Below, in pieces: positions 45,879 to 58,600 of a stretch of 64,000 bases of DNA. The DNA comes from Macrostomum lignano (lineage: Eukaryota). The notes under the pieces were generated by a model that was given only the letters and a program-made list of their open reading frames with translations, did no database searches and was not told the origin of the DNA. Every line of letters begins with the position of its first letter. Position 1 is the first letter of the stretch. The stretch is taken from the NCBI GenBank assembly GCA_002269645.1, contig NIVC01000032.1, forward strand, positions 1,178,001 to 1,242,000. The letters are read 5' to 3'. The translations under genes were made by a program, and so were the position numbers.

Positions 45879-47734
45879 TATATTGAGCTTGTTAATAACT
45901 TGTTTTATATCAAATATAAGTATAATAACATCAGCAAGCTTCTAGTTTGTTTTGTGATTTTTTTGTTTGAGTTGATACTACAACACAGTGCCTCTGACAT
46001 ACATGCGCAACTATTGGCTGACAATGGCCAATCTGGCCACCGTAAATTGTGGTGGACCAAGGGTAAGTCGCAAAAATGCCAACCCAAAGAATATGGACCT
46101 AGTACTAATTAGATGCCAAGGCACTTAGACTTGATAAGACAGTCATAGTTACTCCTGCTGTTTTTCCAAAACTGCATTAATTTTGCTTTAGGGTTTTTTC
46201 ATAGCTAAGTTACATTTTTGGTCAAAAAGTAAGTTGCATGGCCAATGTAAATCAGGCGGGTTGCACATGTATGAGTAGATAGAGTAATAGTAAGGCAGTA
46301 AAAGTAGCAATATATGGAGTAGTAGATAAAGCAATAGATAAAGCAATAGATATAGCAATGTATAAATCAGTAGATAAGAGCTAGAGGCTAGAGCATTTTC
46401 TAATACCATTTCCTATCCCTTTTGGCCATAGATATCATTTTCTATTATGGTACTATAGTCTCAAGATATGTTTTTTTATTGCAGCATTGATTCAAACTTG
46501 AAAATAATATCAAGAAACAAGTGAAAAGTTGCTATAAGCATATAATATCATAGTCACAAATAGTCATGTAATCACAAATTTTGAATTTTTGAGATTCTTG
46601 AAACTAAGATTGAGATTTTAAAAAGTGTCAAGATCTTGACAACTAAGATCAAGATTGAGATCTTGTCCAGGCCCATTCTATATAAGATGGACATATTTGG
46701 AAAATAGAAAAAAAGTCAATATTTTTGCTTGCCATTGCCTTATCAGCCAATTTTTTTTACCAAATCTTCTTTGTATATAATGTATAGAATCTAAGAATAA
46801 AAAAATGATAAAATGTTGGATTAGTATGTTATCAATTGGCAAAAAGTTATTTTTGTTAAAAAATTGGACATTTTCTAAGCAAAAGACATCATTGAGTTCA
46901 TATACCTTTAAAAAACAAATAGAAGGCTTTGGAAGGTTAAAACAAACTATATATAAAATTATAGTACTTGCATCATCAGATAAAAACATTAGCAACCATA
47001 TAATCTATTATATTTTTAATATACTAGTACCTCAAAGTTACTGAATTGACAGAAAAATATGTTACAACCATAATGATATGACCATAAGGCTGCCTTTTCT
47101 TTTGTATCTTTGTTGCATTTTTTGTTTATATATTCTAATAAGAGTATGACTTCTAAAGATGTTCTTAGTCTAATTTAAAAAAAATTATTGCAAAATACCA
47201 AAAATGAAAAATGTTATAAGACTTTTACCTTTTAGTTTCTATATGTCAAAAACCCTGTTGTTACAACCATAAGTGCCATTCAAGGTTTAATAGCATCTAT
47301 ACTAATGATGATATCTATATGAAACTTTATAAACATATTCTTGACAAAATAATCTTTCATTCAAAATATTGGTTTAGTGTATTCTATAATTAGATTTTAT
47401 TTTATAAGTAAAAATATTCTGTCATTTTATGACCATAATTATATGGAATGGCCTTCCAGCCTTTACTGGGTAGCTATCTTTCTAAGGGGTTTATTAAGGT
47501 CTCACCATTGTACAATAGTTATAGAAAGTTTATTAGCTAGGGCCTACTAATATATAGATAGATTATAAGAAAAAATAGAGATATGGCAGAATGGCTATAG
47601 ATATAAATATGGGTAATTTGGCTAAAATAGAGCTCTATTCAATGATCTAGATAAAAGTTACAAAGGCTTATTACTTATTTTCATTCTTAGTCTTCATCTT
47701 TAACACAGCTTTTTGGTCAAAATTTAGCTATAAA

Positions 47735-48410
47735 TCTCTACCTATAAAAGTCAAAACTCTGTCTGTGTGTGGACAATTTTGATCGCTATGGACTCCCAAA
47801 CTGCTCAACCAAATTACACCAAACTTTACACCCACCCTAAACTTACTACGGAGAATGTCTTAGGCTACCTTTTAATTTCCTAGACTCAAGTCTTCCTACC
47901 TAAAAGTACAAAAAACTGCTCAAAATGCGCGATTTTTTCACTAAATCCTCTATAGCGCCGCTCCACTTCTACCGATTCTCTTCAAATTTGACACAGACAA
48001 TTTCAACTATTTTGACACAATCGTGTAAAATTTCAAATCTCAAAGTTAATCCTGAAAGCCGCTGTGCACTTTTAAAGTTAGGCTGTTTTTTTCAGCGTAG
48101 CAACCACCCCAACCTCCACCCGCCTGCCTCTCTTTCCTGATACCGATCTGAGCCCAGATGTGTAAAATGGTTTCAAAATTGACTAACTTTCAGCTGCCAT
48201 AAGTTTGCTCCACGGAAAGCGATTGGCTTCAAACGTGACACAATTCTTCATTGACTCATTCTCTATCTAAATGTAAAGTTTCAACTCTGTAACTCAACCG
48301 AAAAAGAAACTGTAAGCATGTGAAGTTTGTCTGCTTTTTCTGTTGTTTGTGCCACTCACTCATTCCCCCAGAGCCAGACGAAAGGTCAGGCGATAGGGCT
48401 CAATGTACAT
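47735..48410 (+). mobile_element. Possible non-autonomous Helitron/Helentron-like (DINE-1-like) element
   Basis: Begins CTATAAATCTCTACCTATAAAAGTCAAAACTCTGTCTGTGTGT, resembling DINE/HINE 5' cores; possible GC-rich 3' hairpin near 48375. Boundaries are uncertain. Confidence 0.35.
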
Positions 48411-48959
48411 AGTGAATGTACAGTGTTTTGGAATAACTTTTTAATAGCTTTCTCTGCATCCCCGCGAGTGGAGAGGCGTGGAGAGGAGAGATTTTAGCGA
48501 GAGATTCAATTTCAAACCACTGTCCTCTGAATAGACAAGTCTGCAGCAGTTAAACAAGGATGGCAAATCAAGGTGATATGGCATGGTTTGTAAAAATATC
48601 GAAAAATTAATGAATAACTGATTACAATGCAATCCTACTAAATTAGTTACACCATGAAAATTTTAACATTAAGATTCGCATAAGGTAACTTTAAAATTTA
48701 AATGGCCTCCTAAGAAATATGCATTTCCTTGGTTGTTAGACTGCTGCAGACTGTGGTGGTAGAGCTGGAGAATGGAGATATACAAATTTCTCTCAGGGCT
48801 GCTAATTGGCCAGAAAGATGACGTGATTAAAGCATGAGAAATGATAACAACCATGATAGTACTACGTCCCATGATAGTACTTTCGAAGTAGGGATTAGCA
48901 GATAAGCAGATTTTTATCTCAAAGGCCAGATAAAGAATCCAGCTCATGGCTGCGGGCCA

Positions 48960-49679
48960 GATGAGAGTGAAAAGGAAAAGTGGTGAGGAGAGAGCAAAGA
49001 AGAAAGGAGGAAGAAGCGAGAGGAGGGGAGAAAGGAAAGAGAAGAAAGAGTAAAGGTGAGAAGAGGGGAGAGATGAGACAGAGGATCGATGAGAGAGGAG
49101 AGTAGAGAAGATTGAGAAGAGAGTAGAGATTAGAGAGCAGAAAGAAGATGACAGAGGGTCAAGAGGAGAGGAGAGATAGAGAGGAGAGAGTAGAAAGGAT
49201 AGAGAAGAGAGGAGATAAGAGGGGGATAGAGGAGTGAGAAGAGAAAAGATAGAGATAAGAGAGTGGTGAAAGAAGAGGGGAGAAAGAAGAGATAAGAGAG
49301 TAAAGGGAAGAGGAGGAGAGAGGAAAGAGATGAGATTCTAGAGATGAGACAGATGAAAGAAGAGATGAGAGAAAAAGGTGAGAGGAGAGTGCAGAGAGAC
49401 GAGAGAAGATAATAGAGGAGAGAGAGTATAGAGAAGAGGGAAGAGAAATGAAGAAAGGAGTAAGGAAAGAGAGGAGTCAGAAGAGGTGAAAAAGAAGAGT
49501 ACAGAGGAGATAAGTGAGAGAACGTATAAGAGAGTAAAGATGACAGATGAGAAAGCAGATGAACAGAGGAGAGATAAGAGAGAAGAGATTACAGAGACTA
49601 GAGGAGAGAGGAGAGACAGGGAGAGAGAAGAGGAAATAGGAGAATGAAGAGGGGAGAGAATAGAGAGAAGAGAGATGGG

Positions 49680-49744
<65 letters not shown>

Positions 49745-50250
49745 CAGAGCAGAGTAACAAGAAGAGATAAGAGAGAAAAGATAAAAGAAGAGAAAGGAGA
49801 GATAAAAGAGCGGACGAGAGAGAAGAAAGGTGAGGGAAGAGACGAGCGACAAGGGGAGAGAGAAGAGATAAAACAAGAAAAGAGATGAGAGGAAAGAGAG
49901 AGAGGAAAGAGGTGAGGGAAGAGACGAGAGAAGAGGGGAGAGAGGAGAGAGAGAGGAAAGAATAGAGAGGAGAGATGAGAGAGTAGAGGAGAGAGTTAAG
50001 AGAAGAGAGAAAAGAATAGAGAGGACAAGGAAGAGATGAGAGAAGAGAGGGAGAGAGGAGAGAGGAGAGGAGAGAGAAAAGAAGAGGGAAGAGATGAGAT
50101 AAGAGAGATGAAAGAGATGAGAGATGAGGGAAGATACGAGAGAAAAGAAGAGAGACGAGAGACGAGAGACGAGAGACAAGGGATGAGAGAGAAAGGAAAC
50201 AGAAGAGACGATAGAAATTTTAAAGGATCCAAGGGACATAGGGAGAGTCA
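48960..50250. repeat. About 1.3-kb polypurine (GA-rich) low-complexity tract with a (GA)n core
   Basis: Almost only G/A on the plus strand; perfect (GA)n run at about 49685-49740. Confidence 0.95.
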
Positions 50251-52684
50251 GGGAGAGGCCAGAGTTTGCCAATACATGTTTTAGAGTCAGACAGACATTG
50301 CCTGGCATTCTGTGGAGTACCCCAGCAAACAATATCAATGTTTGCCTCAAACCCTAATTTTACACAAATGTGCTCCATTTTATGTCTACCTCTATCCTAC
50401 TAACATTAATTTGTTTGTGTATGGCCTTAGATTTCAGAATACATGCAAAAGTAGTTCCGGGGATTGGAATCCCCTGGGTTCAAAATCTGCGGGTTTCAAT
50501 AGCTTGTATACTTATATACTAAACTTGTACTTGACCAATTTTGGTATATCAACAACATATCTATCAATGTGAATATGTTAAAATTTTTAATGTGATAAAA
50601 ACTGTTTTTGGACCATGGGATATTATTAGTATATAATATTATATTCTATTGATACATAAGCAAAATCATCTAGGTTTATTTTTATATAACAAAGATATTA
50701 TAGTAGGGGCCTATCCTAACTTTCAAAATTTCAATCTTAAATTAGACTTTAACTAGGCCATAGATATGATTTTGTATCTTAGCAACTAAAATCTTATCAC
50801 AATAGAAACTTAGACTTGTTTTTAATTTAATAGGCCTAATAAAGTAACCCTTTGTTAAAAATAAAGGGCAATAAAAAGAGCAAGACAAAATTAAACTTTA
50901 AAAAAAGAAAATGATAAATAAAGAAGAGCAATGCCAAAAGAAAAAGAAATAAAAAAAAATAAATAAATATGTGTTAAATTATTAAATAGAGGCCTAATTC
51001 TATACTTTCTAAGGAATTTTTTCTTGTGCAAACTGCTAAAACTAGTATTAGGCCTAGGCCAAACTCCAATTTTTGGCATAGGCCAAAGATAGGGCCTAGG
51101 GTATAGGCCTACAAAGAGTAAAATATCTACCAAGTCCAAAGTTTCTAGAGTAAATAACACAAATTATAGAATCAATCATATAATACATAACAGACTATTA
51201 TTACTTAATTACTTAATAGTTGTATATGCCTAGGCCTAGGCCTAGCCTAATTCTTGCCTCTTGACAAGAACAACCCAAGCAAGCCTCAACCCTAGTTTTG
51301 ATTAGGCCCTAGAGATGAATAGGTGATGTGATGCCGGCCGATGGTGCGATGCTACATAATTTTAAGGGTCACCTGCCACCTCACCTGGTTAGGCCTGCCG
51401 CCTATTTTATCGTCCTAAAATCCTACAAAATTTGTTTCGTTTCTGCTTTTATGACCGTCCATAAGTAACCCAATGACACTTCCAATTCACCTGTAATACT
51501 ACTATATGAAATGACAATGACACTTCCAATTCACCTGTAACCTGTAATACTATTATATGATTAATGTGCAGCTATAAAACTTCTTTCTTAAACCACTTGA
51601 CTTTTTAGGAAAGACAAACTTTAACAAATATTATTAAAAGCTTTAAGCATTTACTTTAAAAGTAATTTAATTATTACTGTTAGAGTTACTATGTCTCTTT
51701 AAAAAAACACAGAATCGTCTATTTTATGAAAATTTATCAGATAAACTCGTGGTAGTGGTAATTTAATCTTTGCATTTTCATAGAAGTTGTATACCTTTGC
51801 ATGTCCTTAAGCTCCCCGGATCTTGAAGTCCTCCTCGTCAATCAATGTAACAGTTGAAAAAGGTAGACCTGCGGTGAAACCTCTCCTGTTGTCTAGTTTT
51901 TTCTCTTTAGCTTCATAAATGAGTAGAAGAATTTACTCTCAACTTTCAAATAGTAAAATACGAGCTAACTTTAAATAAGTCTCCAATAAGCCTTATTGTG
52001 TGCATTTTAATTAATAGCTTTGTAGAGTCTTACAGCTTGACTTGAACTAGTATTTGGTTTGTATTATTTACAATTGCAGTGTTTTTATCCTACAGTTACC
52101 TATAGAAAAAACCTACAGTTTTTTTTCAGCGTGGTAATCGAACCATTTTCCATACCAAGTATGGAATGAGTTAAAGCAATTCCATTATCTAGTGCTAATG
52201 AGCGGTGAGCCAAGGAATGTATGTAGTTTATGCCTAATACTTTTGTTAAAACAAAAATCTTTATTTAATCTTAGGTGTTATATAAATGAGTAATTTAAAT
52301 TGTCATTTTTTGTATTGTTTGCACTCTTTTTAAGTGAAATTAAATTTTTTTGTAGGAGTGAAAATATAGGCCTAGTTACACTTTGTATATTATTCAAACA
52401 TATTGCTGGTAAGTAATGAAGACTTTTTTATAACGCGCCAGCACATAAAATGTAATTTATTTGACATTTTTTATATTTTTGCTTTAGAATGAATGCAAAA
52501 AACTTTTTGGTATGCTACAAAAGTACTCTGAGTGAAACATAACTAGAAAAAATATTGATGATAGATCTTCAATTTTTCTTTAAATTTTATATCCTAAATA
52601 TCTCATTTTTTATAGAAGCGATCAATGTCTTTGATACAAAATAATTATTCATAAGCAATAATACTACTTTTACACTCATTTCAG

Positions 52685-55600
52685 GCAACTAACAAAACCT
52701 TTGATCCTCCTTGCATCAGCCAGGATGCATTTTGGAATTTCATAGTAGTGACTAGTCAGTCTGAAAAGTCAGCAGATCAAGTGTGTCAAGCTCTGATCAT
52801 CGAAAAGCAGGCCAATCGTTTAAGTATTGGCGAAATACTCACAATAGTAGACCCGGCACCCTGCATTGGCAGTGGTGGTGCTACTCTGAATGCCCTCTAT
52901 TGCATTGCGGAGCATCTGTCAGCCGCTAGTGGCTTGTGCACCCTCAGCCCCGATGAGGCTCTGGCCAATCGGAGAATTCTTTTGCTGCATGTTGGCTCTG
53001 GTAGCCGGCCGTATCTGTTTGACCCACTAGGTCGGCATGTGGTTATGGTGCCAACAGGAGGTGAGGCGTTGAAAATTTTTCTTAGTTTCTCATGGCTTAT
53101 GCTAGTTATGATGTGCCAAAATGAATTATCACTGAATGTCAAAGTGGTTGCCATTCGATGTCAACATGAGAGTCACTGGATGCTATCATGACTGTCACTG
53201 GATGGCATCATGAATGTCACTGGATGCCGTCATGACTGTTACTGGATGCCAGCATGATTATTGATAGATAGAATCAAATGATAGAGTTTTAAAATACGAT
53301 CGTCCATTTCTCTACCAGATGGCGTCGATGAAGTGACGAAATCCGAAAACGTCTCGCTTGTCTCGGAGCGTTGGGCAATGTTAGCCGTTCACTGTGTTCG
53401 CCAGATGACCTGGTTTTGTTCCGCTAGTGCTGCCACCCCCGACAAAGACAATATCGATGCGTCAGCTGAGGCGGATGCAAGCCCGGCCGGTGTTTGGGTC
53501 TGCGGTACCGACTTTTATATGCGCCTGTCTCGGCCAGTCTCTTGGGGACAGCTTGTTAGCGATAGTTGTCCCGAGGTAGGTATTGCATGCTTTGAACTTA
53601 AATAGGTTTTTCTCTGTAAGCCTAGTGAGGGGGTTGTAGCCTAGTGAGGGGGTTGTAGCCTAGTGAGGGGGTTGTAGCCTAGTGAGGGGGTTGTAGCCTA
53701 GTGAGGGGGTTGTAGCCTAGTGAGGGGTTTGTAGCCTAGTGAGGGGGTTGTAGCCTAGTGAGGGGGTTGTAGCCTAGTGAGGGGGTTGTAGCCTAGTGGC
53801 GTCGGACTCACGACTGAAAGATCGGGGGTTCGCTTCCTAACCCACTTGAAACAATGTGTGTCCTTGAGCAAAGCACTTAACTCTGCATTGCTTCAGTTCG
53901 TAAAATGGGTGCCAGCATTAGCTCGGGTAATTGAGGGTTGTGTGTGTGTGTGTGTGGCAACCCCCAGTCATTGGACTGAACAGCCGTACGCAGCCTTCAG
54001 ATGCGCCACGCAATACCATTAGGGCAGGTGTAATCAAACAATTATTATTATATTATTAGGCTTTTTTAATTAGACCCCCTTCGAGATCGTAGTTAGACAA
54101 AATAGTGAACAGATTGTCGAGAGTCGACAATGCTCGAGAGTCGGAAGCGGGCATGTCATGCCCTGAATTTCTCATTGTCGGAATACACGCCTCAAGTACA
54201 AACAAGTCCTACCATGGCCACATAAATATGGCCTCTCGTTAAATGAACTCCAGTAGACTTAGAGCTAATAGGGTCGAAAAAATTTGACACAAATTCTCTC
54301 AAAGATCATCTCTACTGTTATTCCACCTTAAGGTGCTAACAGTGGCTGGCTTGTGCAGTGCAGATGAGGCCATGCAACACGGTGTACTGGCTCTAGACTC
54401 AGCCACCGGCTTTGTTACTCAAGTTGTCTACAGACCAAGTGCCGAGTCTCTAGTTGGCCTCGAAATCGGTTGCGTACCCGATGACTCATCCTCGAAGTTG
54501 TTGCCCAGATTTGCCCGCGTGTCCGGGCCGTATTATTTTCCACCATCGGTGGCCGCGGCGATGGTCGGCCTGCACACTACCGCTCCGCTGCATGGATGCA
54601 TCTACGACGGGATTGACAGCGGAGCTCCGCCGATCTACCTGTCACTCGTCTTTGACCTGCTGGCGGCATTCTGTTGTCCCGACTCGAAAGATCAGGCTAG
54701 TGACGAGCCTAATGAACTTTTAGCGTCGGCATCTACAACTGAGCTTGCGATGCGTCAGAGCAGAGGACTTGGTGATTTAGCAACCTTAGCGGCATTGAAT
54801 GCTGCGGATTCTGCGGCTAGAATTGATGAAGCTAATCGACAGTTAAAGGATCGGCTAGGAGGCTTTAAAAACCGACTGGTCCTGCTGTCTGGGGCAGAGT
54901 TTTGCTATCTGGCCAATGAGCCCGAGGCTTATTTCCGATTGCTGTTGGACTTTCAGTCGCAAACTTTGTCTGCTTGGAGGTTTCACTGCAGCTACAATGT
55001 TGATTGCAGCGTGGAATCTGCAGCTATGGTGGCAGTTTCCGGCTTGTCCGAAGCATCCGCGGCTACTGAGAGACAGCAGGTGCTGTTGAAAAAATTGATT
55101 CAACTGCCTGTTGATTGTTATTTAAGTTGCGTACGAGTTCGACTACGAGATGATGAAGATGGTGCATCAGGTGTGTATTTTTAGATTACTCCCACTGACA
55201 TTTTTTTAGCTTGAGCACATACAATGGCACCAATACTGTACGCATGCACGCACTCACAAAATGCTCACCCGGTGTACAGCGGTCCTGGCTTTCTACTCGT
55301 CAGACATGTACACTCTCTGTTTTGGGGGCTTGGCCCCAAGCTTCCATGAGGTGTACGCATCCCTTTGCGTGACACATACTTCATCATGGGTGACTACGAG
55401 CTATAATCAGCACACATTCACATCCAGCATAGGTCACTGCAACTTGGCTTCAAAAGGTTCCGTTTTATCCTTCATCGCTTTTTCTCATTCTTCTAACAGC
55501 AAGCGACGGCAGTCGAGTTTACTTTGGAGTTGCTAGAGCGGACCAACTGATGAGCCCTTTGATTGATAATGCTCAACAAGCAGAGTCGGAACATCGTTGC

Positions 55601-58600
55601 TCAATGCTTGGCCAATCAGTGAACAATTTCTGCTTAAGAACTGGTCTAAAATTGGCTGAGTTATTTCACGATAACGACTCAAAGCTGCCGCAGTGTCTTT
55701 GGCACTGTCGACTTTTCCCTGTCACTGGGGCCAGCGATGAAGAAAAAGTGAGTTAAACTGTCATCGAGTTTTTTGTTTATATTGCTGTTTACTTTAACAA
55801 TCTCAACTTAGTGGCTCTAAACCGACTCAAGCGACTCGTAAAATGCTCTTTAACAAATTCAACAGAGATACTGTATAGGAAAGTGTCAAATTTTACGTAA
55901 TAAAATTTCTCAGCCGTATATTTCTATGCTGATTGTCTTTTATGAAAAATACTACTGAAAGCAGACGAAAAAGAAATTTCAAGAAATTTAAGCAAAATTC
56001 AAAGAAATTTCGAATTCATTCTGTTGTAGGTTCGCAGGGTTAGGAACCATTGAATCATAGGGCGGACAACCATTGTATCATGGTGTCATAGAGATGAGGA
56101 TTATTGCGTTATGGTGCCATGGAGCTGAGGACTTTTGCGTCATAGTATCACAGAGCTGACAACCATTGCGTCATAGTGTCACAGAGCTGGCAACCATTGC
56201 GTCATAGTGTCACAGAGCTGACAACCATTGCGTCATAGTATCACAGAGCTGACAACCATTGCGTCATAGTGTCACAGAGCTGACAACCATTGCGTCATAG
56301 TGTCACAGAGCTGACAACCATTGCGTCATAGTGTCATAGAGCTGACAACCATTGCGTCATAGTATCACAGAGCTGACAACCATTGCGTCATAGTATCACA
56401 GAGCTGACAACCATTGCGTCATAGTGTCACATAAGGTCTTTATGTACAACCTTCGTCTACTTTACAGATGGCTTAAGAAAGCGATGATGGAAGAAAGCAA
56501 AATTAGAAGGTTCGATTTAAGTTCAAAGCATCTCCTTGTAACTGTGCGTGCTCCATCGGATTGCTGCTTTCTTGTTTATTGCATTCGAACAAAGGCAGAG
56601 CTGGGCTCATTCTAGAGCATTAAATAAAAAATTTTCTTTTAAATCCCCATACCTCACACCATCCCACCTGACTTAGCTGCAGGGGGCTCCGGGCACCCGG
56701 ATACAGCATGGAGGCGTTCCGCCCATTTCGCTAACCCCTGGCGACCACGGGCAGCTGGTGCTGCGGTGTCGCGCAGGGAGATCCGGTGGTGCCGGTGTAT
56801 GCAGCGCGGTCCCCCTCCGGAGAGTCCAGAAAGTGGATGGTCGCTCGCCCGGTAGCCCTTAGGTAGCGGACGATCTGGCAGAGATTCTCGGGACTGAAAA
56901 CGTCGGAGAGGTCCGGGTTTGGGCCGAGGTAGGTGAGCCTGTCCTGAGTAAAGGCGGGGCATTCACAAATGAAGTGCTCCGCATTCTCGACACCGGAGAG
57001 GCAGAAAAGGCATTCCTCACTGCGGATTTTTCCCTGGAGGTGACGATCTCTGGCAAAACAACCATGACCCGAGAGGGCCATGGTAACCGCCCTGATGTCC
57101 CTGCGGTTGAGGGGATCCACCTAAGGGACACCTTGTTGGAGGCGCCCTACGCGATTAAGCTGCCCGATGCAGTTGAGGACTGTACGCGAGAAGGTTGTGT
57201 TGCGATCAAGGGCGTGGAAGGTGAAATTCCCCCAAACTTGTTGATTGTACAGCTCGATGGCGCAGGAGCTGGTGGAGAGAACTTCGTTCTGGAAGATGGT
57301 AGAGCAGGTTCCGGTGTGCTGGGAGAAGGTCGCCACGGTTCTCCCTCCAGACACTATTCAGTAGCTGTAGCCAGAGAAGAGGTTAATTCGGGACCCGTCA
57401 GTGAATCAGTGAATTTCACGGGGTTTCCAGTTATCCCTTTTTTAGTGAGGGGTGGAATGCTGGTTTTGAATTTTAGCGGAGGGCAGAGCGTGGACGGGAT
57501 TCCTTTCGAGAGGGTCAGCACAGACAGCGGCGGTCGATCGTTGCCTCCACTGACAGATCAAAAGGGAAGATCCAGTGAATGCCAGCAAAGAGCATACGTA
57601 GAGGGAGTCGCGCTCATGATAGCTCGACAAGCTCGACCTTGCACCTTTTAAGAAGTTCAATGACTTTATATGCTTCTTTCCTAGGTTAATTGACAGTTTG
57701 ATCAATATTTGTGTTAAAAAAAGTCTGTCAGCAGTTTCATAGCTTTGAAGATAGGAGCATTTTGTCAGTAATAATACTGAAATTTTCCACAGAAACAGTT
57801 GTTTATCCAAAGAATCCAATTAATTTGGAGAAACAAGCTGTGCTATTTGTATTTTCATGCAGTCAGGATGGAAATTTAGAGATTGCTGTAATGCTGTGAC
57901 TCTTGGGCGAGAATTGCTGAGTCTGCTGTGGCTCATGAGGGGGGCGCTGATTGCTAGTCTAGAATTTAAAATTTAACACAAAGACCCCCTTTGTCTTCTA
58001 CAAACGCAAGTAAAATTTTGAAACGCTGAAATCACAATGGGCTTTACTGACGGAATTACGACTTGTATTTGACGGTGAATAAACCATTCTATTGCGCGAA
58101 CAAAAGCGAAGTGCTAACCGGAGGTACAACAGCGACACAGCTCGCGAGCAAAATTCGTCAGCTTAATTGTATTCACTTTGAAATCCTTTTAAACTGATTG
58201 CTTTTTACTGGAAAAATTCTCGAAAAGCATCATAAACGTGCAAATCGCGCTTGATTAAAAAATCCTTATAACTTTTATGGTGTTTGAAAAGTCACAACAA
58301 ATATGGTATGATCGACTAAGCAACGCAGTGAAGCGTCGTTTTTTTCGATCTAAAATAGAAGCATGATGACGCAATAAATCGTGTTATCTAAAAATAGAAA
58401 CAGAGTAAACACAATAGCTAAATGATGTGACCTAAAAAATAGACACAATATGAACACGGTAAAGCGTGCGATCTAACAATAAAACCAGAACAAGAGAGTA
58501 GCGCGCAGAGGATACAGGCATTATAATCTGCTGTTCAAATTATTATCAATTCGGTCAAATCATTTGTTTAAAAGTGACCTTACATGTTTCGCTAGGTTTT

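Noticed and set aside
49338-50350. Ser/Leu-rich and Arg/Glu-rich ORFs
   Set aside because: They are artefacts of the GA/TC low-complexity tract.
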